The position numbers and the translations under genes were made by a program. The notes below the pieces were generated by a model. It made no database searches. It was not told the DNA's origin and saw nothing but the letters and a program-made list of their open reading frames with translations. Positions 21,374 through 33,089 of a stretch of 64,000 bases of DNA are shown in pieces. Positions within the stretch are counted from its first letter, which is position 1. Each line of letters opens with the position of its first letter. Source of the stretch: Mantamonas sphyraenae STR306 (taxonomy: Eukaryota; Protista; CRuMs); contig JAPMXV010000068.1 in the NCBI GenBank assembly GCA_026936335.1, forward strand, positions 299,942 to 363,941, in the 5' to 3' direction.

Positions 21374-24318
21374 TCAGACATCGGCTGTGGCCTCGGAAAG
21401 GTCAGCACTGGCGAGGAGAGCAGAGTCGTCGTCACCACCAACCCCAGCAGAAGGACCACCGCCAGAGATGGCAGTGCAAAGAGCCTTGAGAGCACGTTGG
21501 AGGTCTTTGCCATGGGCGGCGGTGGCATCGTCTCCGTCTTGACCAGGTTCAAGGAGCCAATCCCAGAGGTGGTGTTGGGTGAGGGCAGCGTCGACCTCGT
21601 CGGCAAGGTGTGGCTTGCCCTGGACGAGGAAGCGAAGAGCACCCAGGGATGGCAGGCACAGAGTGTTCATGAGGGCCACGTTGATGTGTGTGGCCACAAA
21701 GGGCAGGAGGATGTCCAGGCCTCCCAGGTCGTAAAAGACGTCCTGGCTGTCCGAGTGTTGGCAGAGGACCTCCAGGCAGCGGACGACGTAGAAGAGGTAC
21801 AAGGGGCACTTTGCGGTCTGCAGACCATGCAGGGAGCGTTGGATGATGTCTTCCTGCAGCAGACGTGTGCGTCCGACATGGCTGTCACACACAAGGCCCA
21901 GGACGGCAAAGGAGAAGCGAGCAAGCTTGTCTTCGGGTTCGCGCATCTTTTCGTTGAGAAGAATGACGTCGATGCCTCCGCCCTGCACGAGTTCAATGAC
22001 CATTTCTGGGTTCATGACGAGGTCTGAGAGGAGGTAGGAGGTGGCCTGGGTGCGTGTGTCAATCTCCTCGGCCTGGAGAGCCTGCAGATGTTGTTCCATC
22101 TTGGGGGACATTGGAAACTGGGGCAGATCCTCCTCCCACAGATCAAGCAGCTGGATGAGGAGGGTTGTGTAGGAGCGGTCGGGAGAGGCGCACTGCTCAC
22201 GGATCATGTCTGGGTCGAGACGATCGGCCTGTGGGCAGAAGCGGTAGATCTGCAGAAGGGTTGCCGCAGCACGTGTCTTGACCACGAGGTTGCCGTCGTC
22301 GCCTGCACTGAGGAGATCGCCGCAGAGCTGGACGACGCCGCGGTCGAGGAGGGCGCGGACGCCAATGTACAGCGTGGAGATTTTGAGGAGGCAGTTGAGA
22401 CCTGCGGTGACGACGTTGGGCATGGGGTCGTTGACGAGGTCGAGCACCTTGTCGAGGACGTCACTGCTGAGGATGGCAATCTGACCCTTGATGGAGACGG
22501 CCAGCTGGGAAAGGGAGGCGGCGCTGTACTTGCGCACCTGGGCTGAGCTTTCGCCCAGACCCTTGGCCACGGTGGTGACGCCGTCTGCGTCGCACACCTC
22601 TTCGATGGACGACAGGTTGACCAGGTGCTTCTGCAAGTCAAACACCACCTTTGTCTTTTCCAGCACGCCCAGTTCGTTGTCCGTGTCCTGGAGCTGCTGG
22701 AGAAAGTCGATGGCCTGCTTCTCCTCCTTGTGCTCCCCCAGCATGGCCTCACGCTCCACCAGGTAGCGCTGGTACAGTGGCGATTGTGTAAAGTTGCCCA
22801 GGTGCTTCTTCTGCTGCTGCTTCAGCTTGTCGTTCTCCACAGCCTTGAGGAACTTTTCGGTGTAGATGCGGAATTGCTCACGGGCCCTGTGTGGCGGGGA
22901 TGCAAGAGTTAGGGAGGGAGGGAGGGGGCAGGAGGGGAGGAGAGGGAAGGGAGGGGGAGGGATGGTTTGGTGTGTCGCTCACCAGAGTTCGCCCTTGTTG
23001 TCTTCGACGCCGCTAAGGACATTCTGTGGGTGGGGTGGAGGGCAAGGGTGTGGGGGGAGAGGAATGTGAGCATTTGGGCTGTGGGAAGGAGGGGAATGGC
23101 AAGGGGGGAGGCACCATGGACAGGGCAAGGTGCGTGCATGGGAGGCGTACCTTGATGTGGTTGCGGTCCTGGCCGCTGATTTTGATGTTTGCTTGATGGA
23201 CCACGGCGCCTGTGGTGAAGCTGCCGACGACGTCGTACCAGTCTGCGGGGCGGGCATGGAAGAGCGAGTGGGGAGCCACACATGTGGGGTGAGCAAGGGC
23301 AACAGAGAAGGGCGGGTGTCTGTGTAAAGGCGCGGGCAAAGGTGGAGAAGAGGGCCGTCAAAAAAAGTTGCCCTCTCGGGGACAAACAGGGCAAAAGCGA
23401 AGGGCACGCACCGGTCTTTGTCTCGAAAAGCATGTTTGTGGTGCCAGTGATGTGGGTGGGCCTGAGGACGGGCTGGATGTCTGTGAGGGCGACGTAGGGG
23501 CAGATGTACTCTGTAAAGCCGCGGAGTGGGGCGCCGAGGAGCGGGATGGCGAGAGTGCAGTTGCCGACCTCGTGTGCAGGTTGGCCGCAGATGAGGATGC
23601 GCTGCTGGAGGAGGAGGGCGTACCAGAGGAGCATTGTGTCCTCTCGGAACTTGCGGAGGAGGGCAATGAGGGAGATGCCGCCGTACTGGTCCTCGCTGGT
23701 GAGCTTGGGGATGGACAGCGGGTGTTCCTCGTTCCACAGAGAGACCTGGACGTTGCGGTTGAGGTTCTCGTTGAGGGTGTCGTACAGGGTGGAAAGAACC
23801 TTTTTGTCGAGGCCGTGGTCCATGTAGCGTGTGAGGGAGGCGCGGAGGAGGGGCTCGAAAACGTTAAAGTACGGATACGGGGACAAGATGAGCATGGACT
23901 TTTGGATGGCACCACGACGGACGGTGTCGTCGCGAACATTGCGGAAGAAGCCCAGGCCATAAAGACGCGTCTTGCCATCGGGTAGGTTGGCGACGGAGGA
24001 GGAGGAGGCGTTGGAGGAGGAGGAGGAGGAGGAGGAAGAAGAGGAGCCAGAGGATTCGCTCTTGGCCGGGAGGTAGGAGAGGTCGGGGGCGCCGTGCTTG
24101 AAGGTCTTGTCTGCGCCGAGGTCTGCATCGACAATGAGGTAGGTCCAGTCCTCCCTGTGGAGATGGGCTCCGTCGGGGAGACACAGCTCAGCGAGCTGCT
24201 GGTGGTCGTAGCCCGAGTCGCTGAGGTCAAAGTTGGGATACCTGAGAGACAGGGTGTTTCCGATGTCGATGTCAAACTCGGCGATGGACACGCTGTGGAT
24301 CATCCATCCGTTTGACAT
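21374..24318 (-). CDS. AFI1/MesA-like DENN-superfamily protein with C-terminal armadillo-like repeats, 4 exons
   Basis: AEFDIDIG, LAELCLPDGAH..REDWT, RDDTVRRGAIQKS, ITGTTN.LF, WAREQF..YT..FL, followed by a helical ARM-like region. Exons 24318-23412, 23242-23151, 23023-22983, 22886-21374; all junctions GT-AG and in frame. Confidence 0.8.
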
Positions 24319-24402
24319 GGTCGGAACGGAGAAAGGTGTGGGGTTGGGTGGAGGCGCGCCAGGGCGGCCAACTCGACAAACACAAGTTCCTGAGAACCGG
24401 GT

Positions 24403-27400
24403 ATGCGCCGCAAACGAAAGACACCGACGCGGTTGTCGGGAGAGGAGGGCAGTGCGGCAGGTGTGGCACCTGCATCGGTGCCATCGTACATTAGCGATGC
24501 GGCACAGGCAGCAGCGTCGCCGTTGTATGAGCAGGGTGAGGAGAAACGGAGGCGAGAAAGGTGGCGGGCTTTTGGCGGGCTGATCACTCACCTTTTCGGG
24601 GCTTGGGCACAGACTCGAAACGGGCGCGTGTGACGCCAGAGGAGGGAGAGGAGGAAGAAACGGTGGGCAGTTCGCAGGAAGTGTCGTTTGTGGAGGTGCT
24701 GAAGGGTCTGGGCCTGCGTGTGGCGGGGGAAGGGCGTGTGCAGTATTCGGTGGAGAACGCTTACCAGATGCAGCGTCAGCTGACGCGGAAGTGCAGAGGA
24801 AACGCACGGTTTACAGAGGCACTGGTGAACAGCATGACGGAGCACCTGGAGGATCTGAACAATCTTCGTGCGATGCTGCTGCCAATGCAAGGGAGCGGGA
24901 GCACAGGCGGAGGAGGAGGAGGAGCGAGCGGAGGCGCGTCGACGTTGCCAGACACGTTGGCCAAGACGCTGTTGGGAGTGCCTACTCTGCACGAGGCCTT
25001 GACGACCGAGCTGATGGACAAGATTCCGATGTATGCAGGAGATTCGGACAGCGTGCAGGTCGCTCGTCTGCAACACAACATCCCCAAACTCGTGCTGAAC
25101 CAGTTCCGGTGGATGAGCCATCTGGACACGTCGTCTGTGGTTGCGACGAAGCTGTTGGACACGATGAGTATCTGTCCAGAGAATCTGCAGCGGGAGATTG
25201 TGGGATGTTTGCCAGAACTTGTGGACGACGCGCACCATGCGCAGGTTGCCGATGCGCTGTTGGACCTGGTGCGACAGGACGACCAGTTTATGGTGCCTGT
25301 GCTGGATGCGTTGGCGAGCCTGTCGCTGAAACCTGCGACGACGGAGATGGTGCGCACGCTTGTGCTGCAGAGCCTTGCGTCGTCGCGGATCGTGGACCTG
25401 CCGGTGATGGTGCGCTTCTTGATCCAGAGCGTGGATGATGCAGAGAGTGCGAGTGTGGTGGTGCGTGAGATCCGAGACTGTCTGGACATTGTGACGCTGT
25501 CGTCGCTGAGCTCGGGGCGAGCAAACGCAAACCACGAACAGCGCGTCGGAGAAGCGATGACGCTGGAGGCGCTGCGCACAGGGGTGCGGTTCAACAAAGC
25601 GGTGCTGGACGCGTTCAAGAAGGAGAGCAAGGGGATACGGAGTGCGCACGAGCTCAAGGTGCTGGACGTGTGGGTGTTGCTGGTGCTGCTGTCGATGCCG
25701 ACGCAGCGCAAGGCGGCGGAGCGGGACCTAAGGAGCAAGGTGGGGCGGCAGATCCTGACAGGAGAGCTGCTGGAGTGCAGCATTGCAGGGCACAGCACGA
25801 CGCTGGCGCCGTTTTTCAACGTGCTGCTGGGTGTGGCAGACTCGCTGATGCACTCCAGCACCGAACAGCACCGGCAGTTTGCGCAGCAGGTGTACCGGCA
25901 TGCATTTGTGCACTTTGGATCGGCCGGGCAGCGGCAGGAGGTTGTGGCGAGCATTGTGACGCACATGGGCTCTGGCAACTCGCTGGAGTGCGACAGTGCA
26001 TTGGAGCTGCTTGTGGAGCTTGCGACGCTGCATCCGGTGGAGTTGAATGTGTATGCGCCGTTCCTGAAGGGAGTGCTGGAGTACCTGGTTGCGATGAGCG
26101 ACGGGCAGATGCGTGCGCTGTTTCGTGTGTTTGCGCTGCTGGCGTACCCAGAGGCAGGAAGTGGTGCGGAGGAGAGCGGAATGCCGGACGACATCCACAT
26201 CCTGGTGCGCAAGCAGCTGTCGAACGGCCACCTGCAGTTCCGGCGGATCGGAGTGATTGCGGCAGTGGCGTTTCTGGCGCGGATGGGAGACACGGCGGAG
26301 AGTGCAAAGAATGCGTCGCAGCTGCTGGGAATGTTGCTGGAGACGTGCGAGACGTCCGCGAGTGCAACGTCGCTGTTGTACGACGAGTTGGCACGGATGG
26401 TGGAGGCGGTCGAGTTTCGCAACGAGGCGCTGCTGGAGGAGATCTTTGCGACGGCGACGTCGCGTATCGAAGGGCTGTTTGTGGAGTACAAGGGCCAGGA
26501 GGTGGGGACACAGAGCAAGGAGGCGTGGATGAATTTGGACAACGTGGACGCGGTGATTGCGATGTCGATCATGCCGCACGTGATGTCAGCAGACACGAGC
26601 GCACAGCAGCTGATCCGTACTGCGTTTCCTCTGTTTCGACTTGTGCAGGCGTCGTGCAGACGCGTGCACGGGAACCTGGAGCAGATTGACGCGATGCTGG
26701 GGTGCCCAATGCTGATGTTTGACGCAGAGGAGGTGACGGGCAACCAGGGAGCAAATTTTGCGCGTATGAGCGAGGCGGAGCGACACGCAACGTGTCTGGC
26801 TCTGGTGCATGCGATCAATTGGTGCCGAGAGCTGGTGAACGCATTTTCGCAGGAGCGCAACTCGGAACTGAAGCTAAAGGTGATTGACAGGATGACAAAC
26901 ATGCTTGCGCTGGAAGAGATGCTTGTGGCGTGTCTGAAGGCGACGCCGTCGTTTGATGTGACGTTGGGGAGCGACCAGAGTGCGTTGCGGCGCGGAGAGG
27001 TCGAGGGAGAGGAAGACGAGGTGGACGGAGAAGGGGAGGAGGAGGAGGAGAGGGATGAGGTGGTCGAAGGAACGCAGGAGGAGGAAGAAGAAGAGGAGGA
27101 GGAGGAGGGCAGGTCGAGGGTGGGCGGGAAGCAAGGCGCGCGCAAGGGAACAAAGGGAAAGGGAAAGGCCGGCACGTCCAGGGGCGTGGCCAGCGTGGAG
27201 GTTGTGAGGAAGCACATGCGAGAGATGGATGTGCACGTGAGTGTGGTGCTGACGTACAACAACATCCGGTACACGGTGTTTGACAACTCGGCGCACGAGA
27301 CGGGTGCGTCGCGGATGGTGAAACTGAGCTTGCCGGTGATTGCATTTGTGCTGGAGGACCTGTATGTCAAGGTGTACGACTCGCTGGGGTTCAAGGTGGC

Positions 27401-28646
27401 CAACTACAAGAACAAGCGGCGCGTTGTGAGCGGGGAGGAGATGCTGGAGGCGGTGGTGCCTGTGGTGCCACACATGTGCCAGCACATCGACGGGCTTGCG
27501 GGCAAGCTGAGCGGAGGTGGACTGGACGAGAAGTCGACGGCGCTCGCGCGGAGTGCAATGCATTCTGTGTTTGCGATTGTGCGGACGTGTCTGCAGAGCG
27601 GGCAAGCGCAGGGAGTGGCTGGGCAGGCGACACAGCATGCTCTGCTGAGTGCGCTTGCAGGAGGCCAGGTGAGCGGAGAGACGGAGCTGGAAGAGGTGCA
27701 GCGGTCTGCGTTTGCGTATCTGGCGGGGTTTTCGACGGCGATGCAGCAGTTTGTGACGGCGTACCACCTGTGCGAGTGTCTTTTTACGATCCATGAGCAA
27801 TGCGAGGCGGAAGAGACCAAGGATGACCTGCGCGAGGATCTGCTGGACGTGGTGAACCAGACGTTGAGGCGAGAGTGGGAGGGGAAGCCGACCGCACTGC
27901 AGCTGAGCACGCTGGTGGGAATGAGCATCCGGATGAGCAAGGATGCACTCGGGTCGTTGAACTACATGGCGGTGCAGCTGTTTGGGCAGGTGTCGATGGA
28001 GGACGACGAAGCAGTGCCGGAGCAGGGGACGCTGCACAAGTCGTCGTTCCCGGTGTACTACCGGACGGCGATGGAGACGCTGACGGGGATGTTTGCAGAG
28101 CTGAGCGCAGAGATGATGGGCACGTTGGGGCGCGGGGGTGCGGTCGGCGTGGACGTGGACGGTGCCCTGCGACGGATGAAGGAGATGTGCGAAACGTTTG
28201 GGCATCTGATCAAGCTGGCGCGGAGCTGGGACCTGAAAGCGGTGACGCTGGCGTGTCTGAAGCACGCACGTGTGTTTCTGGAAAAGTTTATCGGGGTCAT
28301 GCCGTTTGTGAGCAAGCATCTGAAGTGGAGCACGGACCTGGCGATCGATGTGATCCGAGGCGTGCAGGGATCGACGAGGGTGCTGCACGTGCTGTGTGGG
28401 CATTACAAGGCGCAGAAGGACACGCAAGTGGTGAATGCAGTGCCTGCGGTGAAGCGAGTGATGGAGGCGTTGGTTTACAAGGTGAAGGCGGTGATGGTGG
28501 AGCACAAGGCGCTGAGTCAGTCGAGTACGTTTACGATTGGGAATCTGAAGCACAAGGGGATGCAAGGGGAGGTATTGTCATCGCAAGTGCACGTGGATGA
28601 GGAGGATGAGGTTGAGGAGGAGGAAGAAGAGGAGGAGGAAAGGTAG
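24403..28646 (+). CDS. FANCD2: Fanconi anemia group D2 protein, 2 exons
   Basis: NIPKLVLNQFRW, LQREIVGCLPE, the monoubiquitination-site motif HILVRKQLS, INWCRELVNAF, and C-terminal GNLKHKGMQGEVLSSQ. Exons 24403-24535 and 24613-28646. Confidence 0.92.
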
Positions 28647-28671
28647 GGCGCGGGCGCATCCAATACAAGAA

Positions 28672-30933
28672 ATGTCGAGCGAAGAGAAACCTACAAGCGT
28701 GGAGAACGAGCAGGCAACGTCGAACAGCGAAGCCCAGCCGGAAATGTCGGAGAAGGCGAAGAAGAAGGCGGCAGCCAAGGCGGCCAAGAAGGCAGCCAAG
28801 GAAGAGGCCAAGAGGCGGCGCGCAGAGGAGCAGGCAGCCAAGGAGGCAGAGGCAGAGGCGAAGCTGGTGGGTTTGGAGTGGATGTGGAGGCAGTGGTTGG
28901 AGTGGGGAGGTGGGAGGGAGGGAGAGAGGGGAAAGGAAACGGGAAGGAGCCGGAATCATGGAGGATTCGGCGAATTTGTGTGCATTTCGGACGCTGACAC
29001 GGAGTGGGAGTACAGCTGGAGGAGATGGCGGAGTACAAGGAGCAGTTTGGGACACTGCCCGTGCACATGTCGCAGGAGGAGTACCCGCAGTACACGTTGA
29101 CGCCGATGGAGGCGTTGTTTGTCGGGAACGCGGGATGTGGATGTGGCGGATCGTGCACGTGTGAGAACTGTGGCAGCAGCTGTGGTGCAAAGAAGGCGTG
29201 CTGTGGAACGGATGCGTGCAAGTGTGGGGAGGAGAAGGCGTGCTGTGGTCAGTCGTCCTCATCGTCTTCATCGTCGTCCTCGTCTGGGGCGGGAGAGTGC
29301 TGTGGTACGGATGCGTGCAAGTGTGGTGCCAACTGCAACTGTGAGAAGAACACCAAGGGCTGCTGTGGCGAGGAGGGTGAGTGCTGCTGTGGCACGGATG
29401 CGTGCAAGTGTGGTGCCAACTGCGGGTGCAGCAAGAAGACCAAGGGCTGCTGTGGTACCGGTGCAGCCAACTCGCTTGTGGGCCAGAGCGTGGTTGTGCG
29501 TGGCCGCATCGCCACGGTGCGCAAGTCGAGCTCCAAGTTGGCATTCATTATGCTGCGCAGTGGCTTCCACGAGTTGCAGTGTGTGCTGGCAAGCATCGAC
29601 GAGGACGCCGAACAGGAGACGTACGTGCCGCCCATCATGATCAAGTACGCCACGCGCCTCAAGACCGAGGCTCTGGTGGACGTGCACGGTGTGGTGGCAG
29701 AGGCGACCGACAGCACGTCGGTGGCCGTGGAGCTCAAGGTGCACAAGGTGTTTGTGTGGTGGCCGATGTGGCTGCCAGCGAATACCCGCTGACGGTGATC
29801 GATGCATCGCGTTCGGAGGAGGACGTGCGTGCAGCCGAGGCAGAAGGCAAGAGTGTGCCCGGCGTGGTGGGCCAGGACATCCGTCTGGACAACCGCTGGC
29901 TGGATCTGCGCACAAAGGCCAACCAGGGCATCTTTAGGCTGCAGGCGGCCCTGAAGAAGCTGTTCCGTGAGTATCTGGACGAACAGGGCTTTGTGGAGAT
30001 CACCACACCCAAGATCATCGGCCAGGAGAGCGAGGGAGGTGCAGGGTGTTCCACGTGGATTACTTCAACACCACCGCCTGTTTGGCCCAGAGCCCGCAGT
30101 TCTACAAGCAGATGGCCATCTCGTGCGATCTCAAGCGCGTGTACGAAATCGGACCCATGTTCCGTGCCGAGAACGCAAACACCGGACGCCATCTGACCGA
30201 GTTCACGGGCATGGATCTGGAGATGGAAATCGACATCCACTACCACGAGGTGCTGCGTCTCATGGCCAACATGTTTACGTACATCTTTGACGGCCTGTAC
30301 GCACGCTACGGCGACCTGGTGGAGCATGTCAACGCCCAGTTCCCGGCCGAGCCCGTGCGCTACCGCGTGCCCGAGGGCGTGGAGGTGGCGGAAGAGGACG
30401 GCGAGATCATGAACGGCGTGCTCGTGCTCAACTTCCCGGCTGGAGTGCGCATGCTGCGTGAGGCAGGCGCAAAGACAATCGACGGCAGTGACATCGGCGA
30501 CCTGGAGGATCTGGAGACGCCCACGGAGAAGCTGCTGGGTGAGCTGGTGGCCAACAAGTACCAGGTGGATTTCTACGTGTTGGACAAGTACCCCACGGTG
30601 GTGCGTCCCTTCTACACAATGCCCGACCCCAAGGACGCCAACTACAGCAACTCGTACGATATCATGCTGCGCAACCAAGAGATCATGAGCGGCGCCCAGC
30701 GCATCCACGACAAGGACATGCTGGTGTACAACGCCCAGAACCATCCCAACGAGAAGAAGCGCATCATGGATGTCAGCACCATTGGCGAGTACGTCGACTC
30801 GTTCAGCTACGGCACCTCGCCCCACGGAGGCGGCGGTGTGGGCATGGAGAGGATCCTCATGCTCTTCCTGGGCCTGGGCAACATCCGTCAGAGCTCCATG
30901 TTCCCGCGCGACCCGCACCGTCTGGCACCGTAA
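28672..30933 (+). CDS. DARS1: Cytosolic aspartyl-tRNA synthetase with a Cys-rich insertion; two apparent frameshifts
   Basis: VRGRIATVR...LAFIMLR, RLDNRWLDLRT, FVEITTPKII, LAQSPQFYKQ, FRAEN...RHLTEF, EIMSGAQRIH, PHGGGGVGMER, FPRDP. Intron 28867-29015. Frame breaks near 29754-29757 and 30044-30046. Confidence 0.93.
29136..29453 (+). repeat. Metallothionein-like Cys-rich coding module (three CCGTDACKCG units)
   Basis: 29 Cys in 106 codons arranged as CxC, CC and CCC, in frame with AspRS exon 2. Confidence 0.85.
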
Positions 30934-31002
30934 GAAGGATGCAGTGAGAGAGAGAGAGAGGAGAGAGAGAAGGGAGAAGGAATGCACTGTGCATTGGTGG
31001 TG

Positions 31003-32932
31003 TCATCGTGACGAAAAGTCGAGGAAGGAGTGCTTGCACATGGCATAGACGTCGGGCCGCTCCTCCTGGTTGTAGGTGAGGCAGGCTCGCAGGAAGCTCT
31101 TGCAGTCGGCCGAGATCTTGACATCGTCGGGAAAGTTGAGGACTTTGGCCTCGTGGATGCTGCCGTTGCGCAGAAAGTTGCCCTGGGTTTCCGTGTCGCC
31201 AAAGGGCCGTTTGCCGTAGATCATCTGCCACAGCACAACGCCTGCACTCCACACGTCCACCTTGGAGCTGATGCGTGGGGTGCGTGTGGTCTCAAAACAC
31301 TCGGGAGGTAGGTACCAGTAGGTGCCGGCGCCAACGCTGGTGAGTTCGGTGTCCTGGTCCGAGCTGTTGACCACCTTGCTCAGGCCAAAGTCGCTGATCT
31401 TCACCTCAAAGTTGCCGGAAAACATGATGTTGCCTGGCTTGAGGTCGTAGTGGATGATGCGATGGTCGCACAGGTACTTGAGACCACTGAAGATTTGGCT
31501 GGTGATGGCACGCGCCTCGCCCTCGTTCAGGCGGCCCTTTTCCTTGAGGTAGACGTCGAGGTCGCCGTGGTCGCAATACTCCAGGACGGTGGCAAAGGAT
31601 GTCTTGTCGATCTCAAAGACGTCGAAGCAGCACACAATCTTGTCGTGGACCATGCTCTTGTGGATGTCATATTCGCGCAGGGCATGCTTGGTGTAGGACT
31701 GTTTCTTGTGGTCGCTCCAGGTTGAGTTGAGCTGGTGAATCTTCACCGCCACGTAGCGCATGTGTCGGACATCAAAGGCCTTGTACACCTCTGAGAAGCC
31801 ACCCTTGCCCAGAAGGGTCATCAGTGCATACTGGCGATTCAGCACTGCAAACTCGGCGCTGTTGAACCGCGAGTTTTCCTCGGCTCGCAGACGCTTCATC
31901 TCTTTCAGATACACCTTTTTCTCACACTCCAGCCGCTCCAGCTGGTCGTTGAGTTTGCGCAGTTCGTTGCGCACGTGTGTGGCCCTGTGTTTGTACGCTG
32001 TGTCCAGGTCGGGTTGTGACACAATGGTCTTTGTGCGGGGTTTGGGCGGGGGCGCTTTGAACTCCAGGTCCATCGCCGTGGAGGAGGTGGGTTGTGAGGA
32101 GGAGGAGGAGGAGGAGGATGAGGAGGAGGAGGATGAGGATGAGGATGAGGAGGATGTGGTTGTGGTTGTGGTTGTGGATGTGGTGGTGGTGGTGGATGGT
32201 GTTTGACCCGAAGAGGTGTCGTCAACGATCCGCCGCTGCCGCAATTCGGCTTTGTGTTCTTTGAGGGCGGCCAGCTGGTCCTCGAGCTCGCGCTTGCGCT
32301 TCTCGAGCTCAACAAAGGCATTGCCATCGACCCAGACTTCAACCATGGTGGACCCCTGCTGGACAAAGGTGGTGCGGCCCAGACGCAGGGTCTGACGTTG
32401 GAAGGCGGCGTGGGCAGCCTCGCGTTCAGCTTGTCCCTGTTGCACCTTGGCTTGCAACAGTGTCTCCTGGTACTGTTGGATCACCTGCTCCAGGTGCCGT
32501 TGCTGCTCCTGCATGCTTTCCATGTTGGCTTCAAACCGGGCGCGTTCGGCTTTGAGTTGTTCGATTTCGGCGTCTTTGATCAGGACTGCGGATCGGGGCG
32601 ACATGGGCGACGCGGACGAGGAGGAGGAGGAGGAAGATGTCGTCGTGGTGTTGGTCGGGGTAATGGGCGTCGGTGCCATGCTACTGCTACTCGTGGGTGT
32701 GCTGGGTGATCGGATACGTTGTCGTTTGGAATCGTGTGAGGAAGAGGCAGCAGGCTGGGGACGACGGCGTGTCTCGAGCTCGCTTGGGCGTGCTGGGTTT
32801 GACCTGGCGCACTTCCACATGGAATCCCGCACTGGGGTCGTCCTCTGCGGATAGGCTGTTGGTGTTCCCAGGCGCCAGGTAGGCCTCGATGCTCGACTGG
32901 GAGGAGCGCGAGTTTGTGTCGGCCATGGCCAT
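31003..32932 (-). CDS. TLK: Tousled-like kinase
   Basis: Coiled coil, then LLGKGGFSEVYKAFD, VAVKIHQLN, HALREYDIHK, IIHYDLKPGN, ELTSVGAGTYWYLPPECF, ISSKVDVWS. The start at 32932 needs a 1-nt correction at the G run 32757-32760; otherwise the start is 32679. Confidence 0.93.
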
Positions 32933-33089
32933 TTGGGTTGGGGCGATATTCGGGCGTTGGAGAGGGAACACTCCAAAAGAGGGAACGAGAGGGAACCAGA
33001 GGGAAACTGGGAATGGGAATGGGAATGGGGAGGTGTGAGGCGGATGCGCTCGGTGATCCAAATCAAAAACCGGGTGACGCGTTCCCAGG

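Noticed and set aside
24776-27403. Long antisense and alternative-frame ORFs (875 aa here; also 2378-3967, 8968-10434, 33467-35623, 15846-17591)
   Set aside because: They are shadows of real genes in GC-rich, skewed DNA, with low-complexity translations and no motifs.
29756-29778. 23-nt GT-AG micro-intron that would repair the first AspRS frameshift
   Set aside because: The donor gtggtg does not match the gtgag/gtacg/gtgcg/gtggg donors seen elsewhere, there is no branch site, other introns here are 59 nt or longer, and it would not explain the second break.
32095-32200. GAG/GTG trinucleotide tracts (also near 3425, 7231, 23995 and 27080)
   Set aside because: Ordinary poly-Ser/Thr/Glu low-complexity coding microsatellites.
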